The notes below the pieces were generated by a model. It was not told the DNA's origin. It searched no databases and worked only from the letters and a program-made list of their open reading frames with translations. A DNA stretch of 49,334 nt, filler included, from Streblomastix strix (lineage: Eukaryota), in assembly GCA_008636045.1 (NCBI GenBank). It is 3 parts of 3 records of this genome, joined end to end, with 100 filler letters (N's around TTAATTAATTAA, not from the genome) between each part and the next. Parts side by side here need not be neighbours in the genome. Positions count along the whole stretch, not along the records: positions 32,969 to 49,334 come from SNRW01000825.1; 2 more parts are not named here. One strand, written 5' to 3'. Positions within the stretch are counted from its first letter, which is position 1; each line of letters begins with the position of its first letter. Below are positions 46,441 through 49,334 of this stretch, one piece after another. The translations under genes and the position numbers were made by a program.

Positions 46441-47410
46441 ATGAAAGGTTAAACCAGTTGTTTTAATATAGAGGTGAGAAAAGGAGAGATGGGGTAACCT
46501 ATTATTATTCTTGTCTCCTCTTGAGACAGGGCAATGATTTGTTATCCCCGTATCTCCTTATCTCACCTCTGGCTCACCCAAAATACATATCCCAACCAGA
46601 GGTGGAATTGAAATAAGGAGAGAATTGCCTATAGAACTGAAGGATCGAACAAGTGGATTGATACTGAAGGTGGGCTGGAGCATATGTAATGATAATGACG
46701 AGAAAAGGATATTACTCTATCAAAATTTGATAAATTTGATATAACGAATTATCGATAAAGAGATTTTATCCACGAGATGTATCGACGAAAATGAAGAAGA
46801 AATAGATGAATGAGTGAAATTAATCCAATCCTTCAAGAATGAATAAGCTGTTAAGGAAGTATCAACGCATTTAGTCTTACATTTTAATACTTTAACAATT
46901 TTTTTTATTTATACCATTATTTCCTGAGATTTTTCTATGAGATTCTATATTTTCTTTTCCTCACGAGAGCAGTTAAACCATTAATTTATCAATTTTTTTG
47001 GGGTTTTTAATCATATTCATTTACTTTCCACACTAGACAAGTTTTTTCAGGCCAATTTTTTTTACTCACGAATTTGTTTTTTCAAAAGTTTTTACTAATT
47101 TAATATATATTTATATAGAATTTTTTATTAACTTTTATAAATTTTTCAAAAGGGTTTTAATATTTAATTTTTTCCCACTCTGACTATTATATTTTTTTAA
47201 TTTCTTCTTGTCTTGCCTCGTTTTGCCGAACTCTCTTTACCGGGACTCGGATGTAATTTTTATTACTTTTGTAAAGTTGTTGTTTCTCTATTGAGTTTTT
47301 TAACACATCAAATAGGCCTCCCAATAGATCGAATGCCTGATCATGCACCGACCATATTAGAGCCACAATGGTATCTCAATGAAGAGGTGAGATAAGGAGA
47401 TACTGGGAAT

Positions 47411-47830
47411 TTGCTTCAATCATGATTATGATGAATAAAAATTCTAAGTTAGAAGTAGATGTAGAGAATGTATTTGGTCCATTCAAAATAATGGCGATGA
47501 ATAAATATATGTCAAACATGGGAGTATTAGATATGCTACATTATTTACATTTTCCAGTAGTACAGAGGGAGGAATTGGTGAAGAACAAGATATGAAGATC
47601 TGGTTCGGATTGCATTTCATTTCCAATTTCCTGAATATACTAAATAATAGTAGAAATTATTTCACATTACTCCAACCTTTTCCTTCACTTGCTGTAAGAT
47701 CTATATAATAAATAGAAGAAGAAGGTAGAAGCTAAGTTGTTGATGCAAAATTAATTAATAAAGCAGAGATATTGAATCTCCATAATGAAAGGAGGAAACA
47801 TAGACCATGGTTGTATAAATTTTGAGTTTG
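47411..47830 (+). pseudogene. Fragment of a helical-repeat hypothetical protein from a highly expanded lineage-specific family
   Basis: STEGGIGEEQD..GLHFISNFL..QPFPSLAVRSIQQIEEEG..DAKLINK resembles, from memory, a multi-copy oxymonad family. Frameshifted. Confidence 0.4.
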
Positions 47831-49334
47831 ATCTATTAAATAAATCTTTATATGTTCAGTTGTATAATACATTTTCTTTAAAATAGTACCCTGAATTTAT
47901 TTTGTATTAGACTCGAATAGGCTGGAAAAAAAATTTTTTCCAATCCAAATGGCTGGCTCTATGACTGATACTGTGGCTGGATCAAAAAAATAACATTTAA
48001 AATTTAATAAATAAAAAAATCTTTTTTGATCTCTAAGAAATATTTGAAAAAAATTTGGCAAATTTTAATAGAAAATAGATGACTTTTATTAAAAAACATA
48101 TTAACTAATCAAATTTTAATACAATAGTATATTTGTAGAATTACATATTTAATATAATATAAATTAAATACAATATGCAATAAATGCAACAGTTGAATTA
48201 ATTTTATTGAAGTGTTTTAACTTAAAATAATTATAAAAATCAAATTTTTAGTAGAAATTAAATTGAAATATTAAAAGTATTAAACAAAAATCATATTCCA
48301 AATATGAGTTAAATCAAATATTACGTTAAAATCTAATACGAATAAATATGATGCGGAGGAAAATGAAAATAAAAGAAAAAATACAAAAAATGTGATAAAT
48401 GAAGCTATTAGAAATAATATTTTATAAATTGCATAATTATAAAAAAGTTATAAAATTAATTTAAATTTAACTCAAAATATTAAAATTTAAACAGTTTGTA
48501 CCATAAATTTTACAGATTTGAAACGCAAAAAAGTATCCAAGTGTTTGCATGTTTTTGAAGTAAAATTATAGAAATATGGTGTGAATACATAAATATAATA
48601 TTTATATAAATATTATTTAAATTATAAAATATAAAAATTTATCTTGAAACAAACAAAAACTAGAAAATATTATTTTTCGGTTGGTAATATAAATATTATA
48701 TTAAAAATAGTAAAAAAATAATTAATAATATTTAAACAAGAAAATTTAGTAGTATCAACCAGAACTGATAATATTGTTCAAGAAATATAATAGTTTATTT
48801 AAATTGTAGATACTCATATATACATTTTTATTAATTTTTTTATTATGTATTAGTATCACTGTATATTCTCATGTATAAAGTTTCTAAGCAGTAAATATGA
48901 AACGTAATTCCTGAAAAATCTTAATTCTGTGGATAGATCAGTCATAGTTATGGCTCAGTTTTAGCCAGATTATGACCGATCTGACCCCATAAAAAAGTTT
49001 TCCCGAATATAAATTTTCTGAAAACAGCTTCTTAATGTATTTTAATAGATAATAAATATATAATATATAATTATAAACATATTATTCAGATACAAATATT
49101 AAGTGGTTCGTTATTTAAATTTTTTTATTATTTATTATTTTTTTTATTAGAGATACTGGAATAAACCTGCCACAAATATGGCAATACAAACAAAATTTTA
49201 AAAATATATTATTTAATTTTTATTCTTATTGAAAAATAAAACAAAATCAATATTGATTGTGTGATTTCAGCTCATATTTATATTGCATGAAGGCAATTTA
49301 TTTTCGATTTATATTGTAGGTCCTTATTACGAAT

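Larger units (their letters stand above)
41877..47410 (+). mobile_element. DIRS-type tyrosine-recombinase retrotransposon copy C (near-complete, degenerate; left terminus not identified)
   Basis: Order: ORF1 (gag-like, Q-rich), RT, RNase H, MTase-like, YR, internal complementary region, terminal region. Confidence 0.9.

Overview
This is very AT-rich eukaryotic (protist) nuclear DNA, not prokaryotic. The window joins three unrelated contigs of about 16.4 kb (1-16386, 16487-32868, 32969-49334) with artificial N44-TTAATTAATTAA-N44 linkers. Genes have short GT-AG introns and use a reassigned code: TAA/TAG read as sense (most likely Gln) and TGA is the only stop. The supplied standard-code ORF track is therefore fragmented and mostly misleading. 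The code and gene families suggest an oxymonad such as Streblomastix (inference). Recognisable genes are a PKA catalytic subunit, a WW-MyTH4-RhoGAP (ARHGAP39-like) protein, a TMEM181/Wntless-like membrane protein, the 3' end of a SCAI-like gene, a decayed IFT139/TTC21-like gene, tRNA-Leu(TAG), a long Q/N-rich CAAX protein and a long ORF ending in an I-PpoI-like His-Me finger domain. Mobile DNA comprises three copies or fragments of one DIRS-type tyrosine-recombinase retrotransposon family (RT, RNase H, adenine-MTase-like, YR) and an intron-containing hAT transposon nested in the YR gene of one DIRS copy. The best novelty candidates are the His-Me finger gene and the DIRS end/internal complementary structure. 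All family calls come from motif recognition by eye; no database searches were run.
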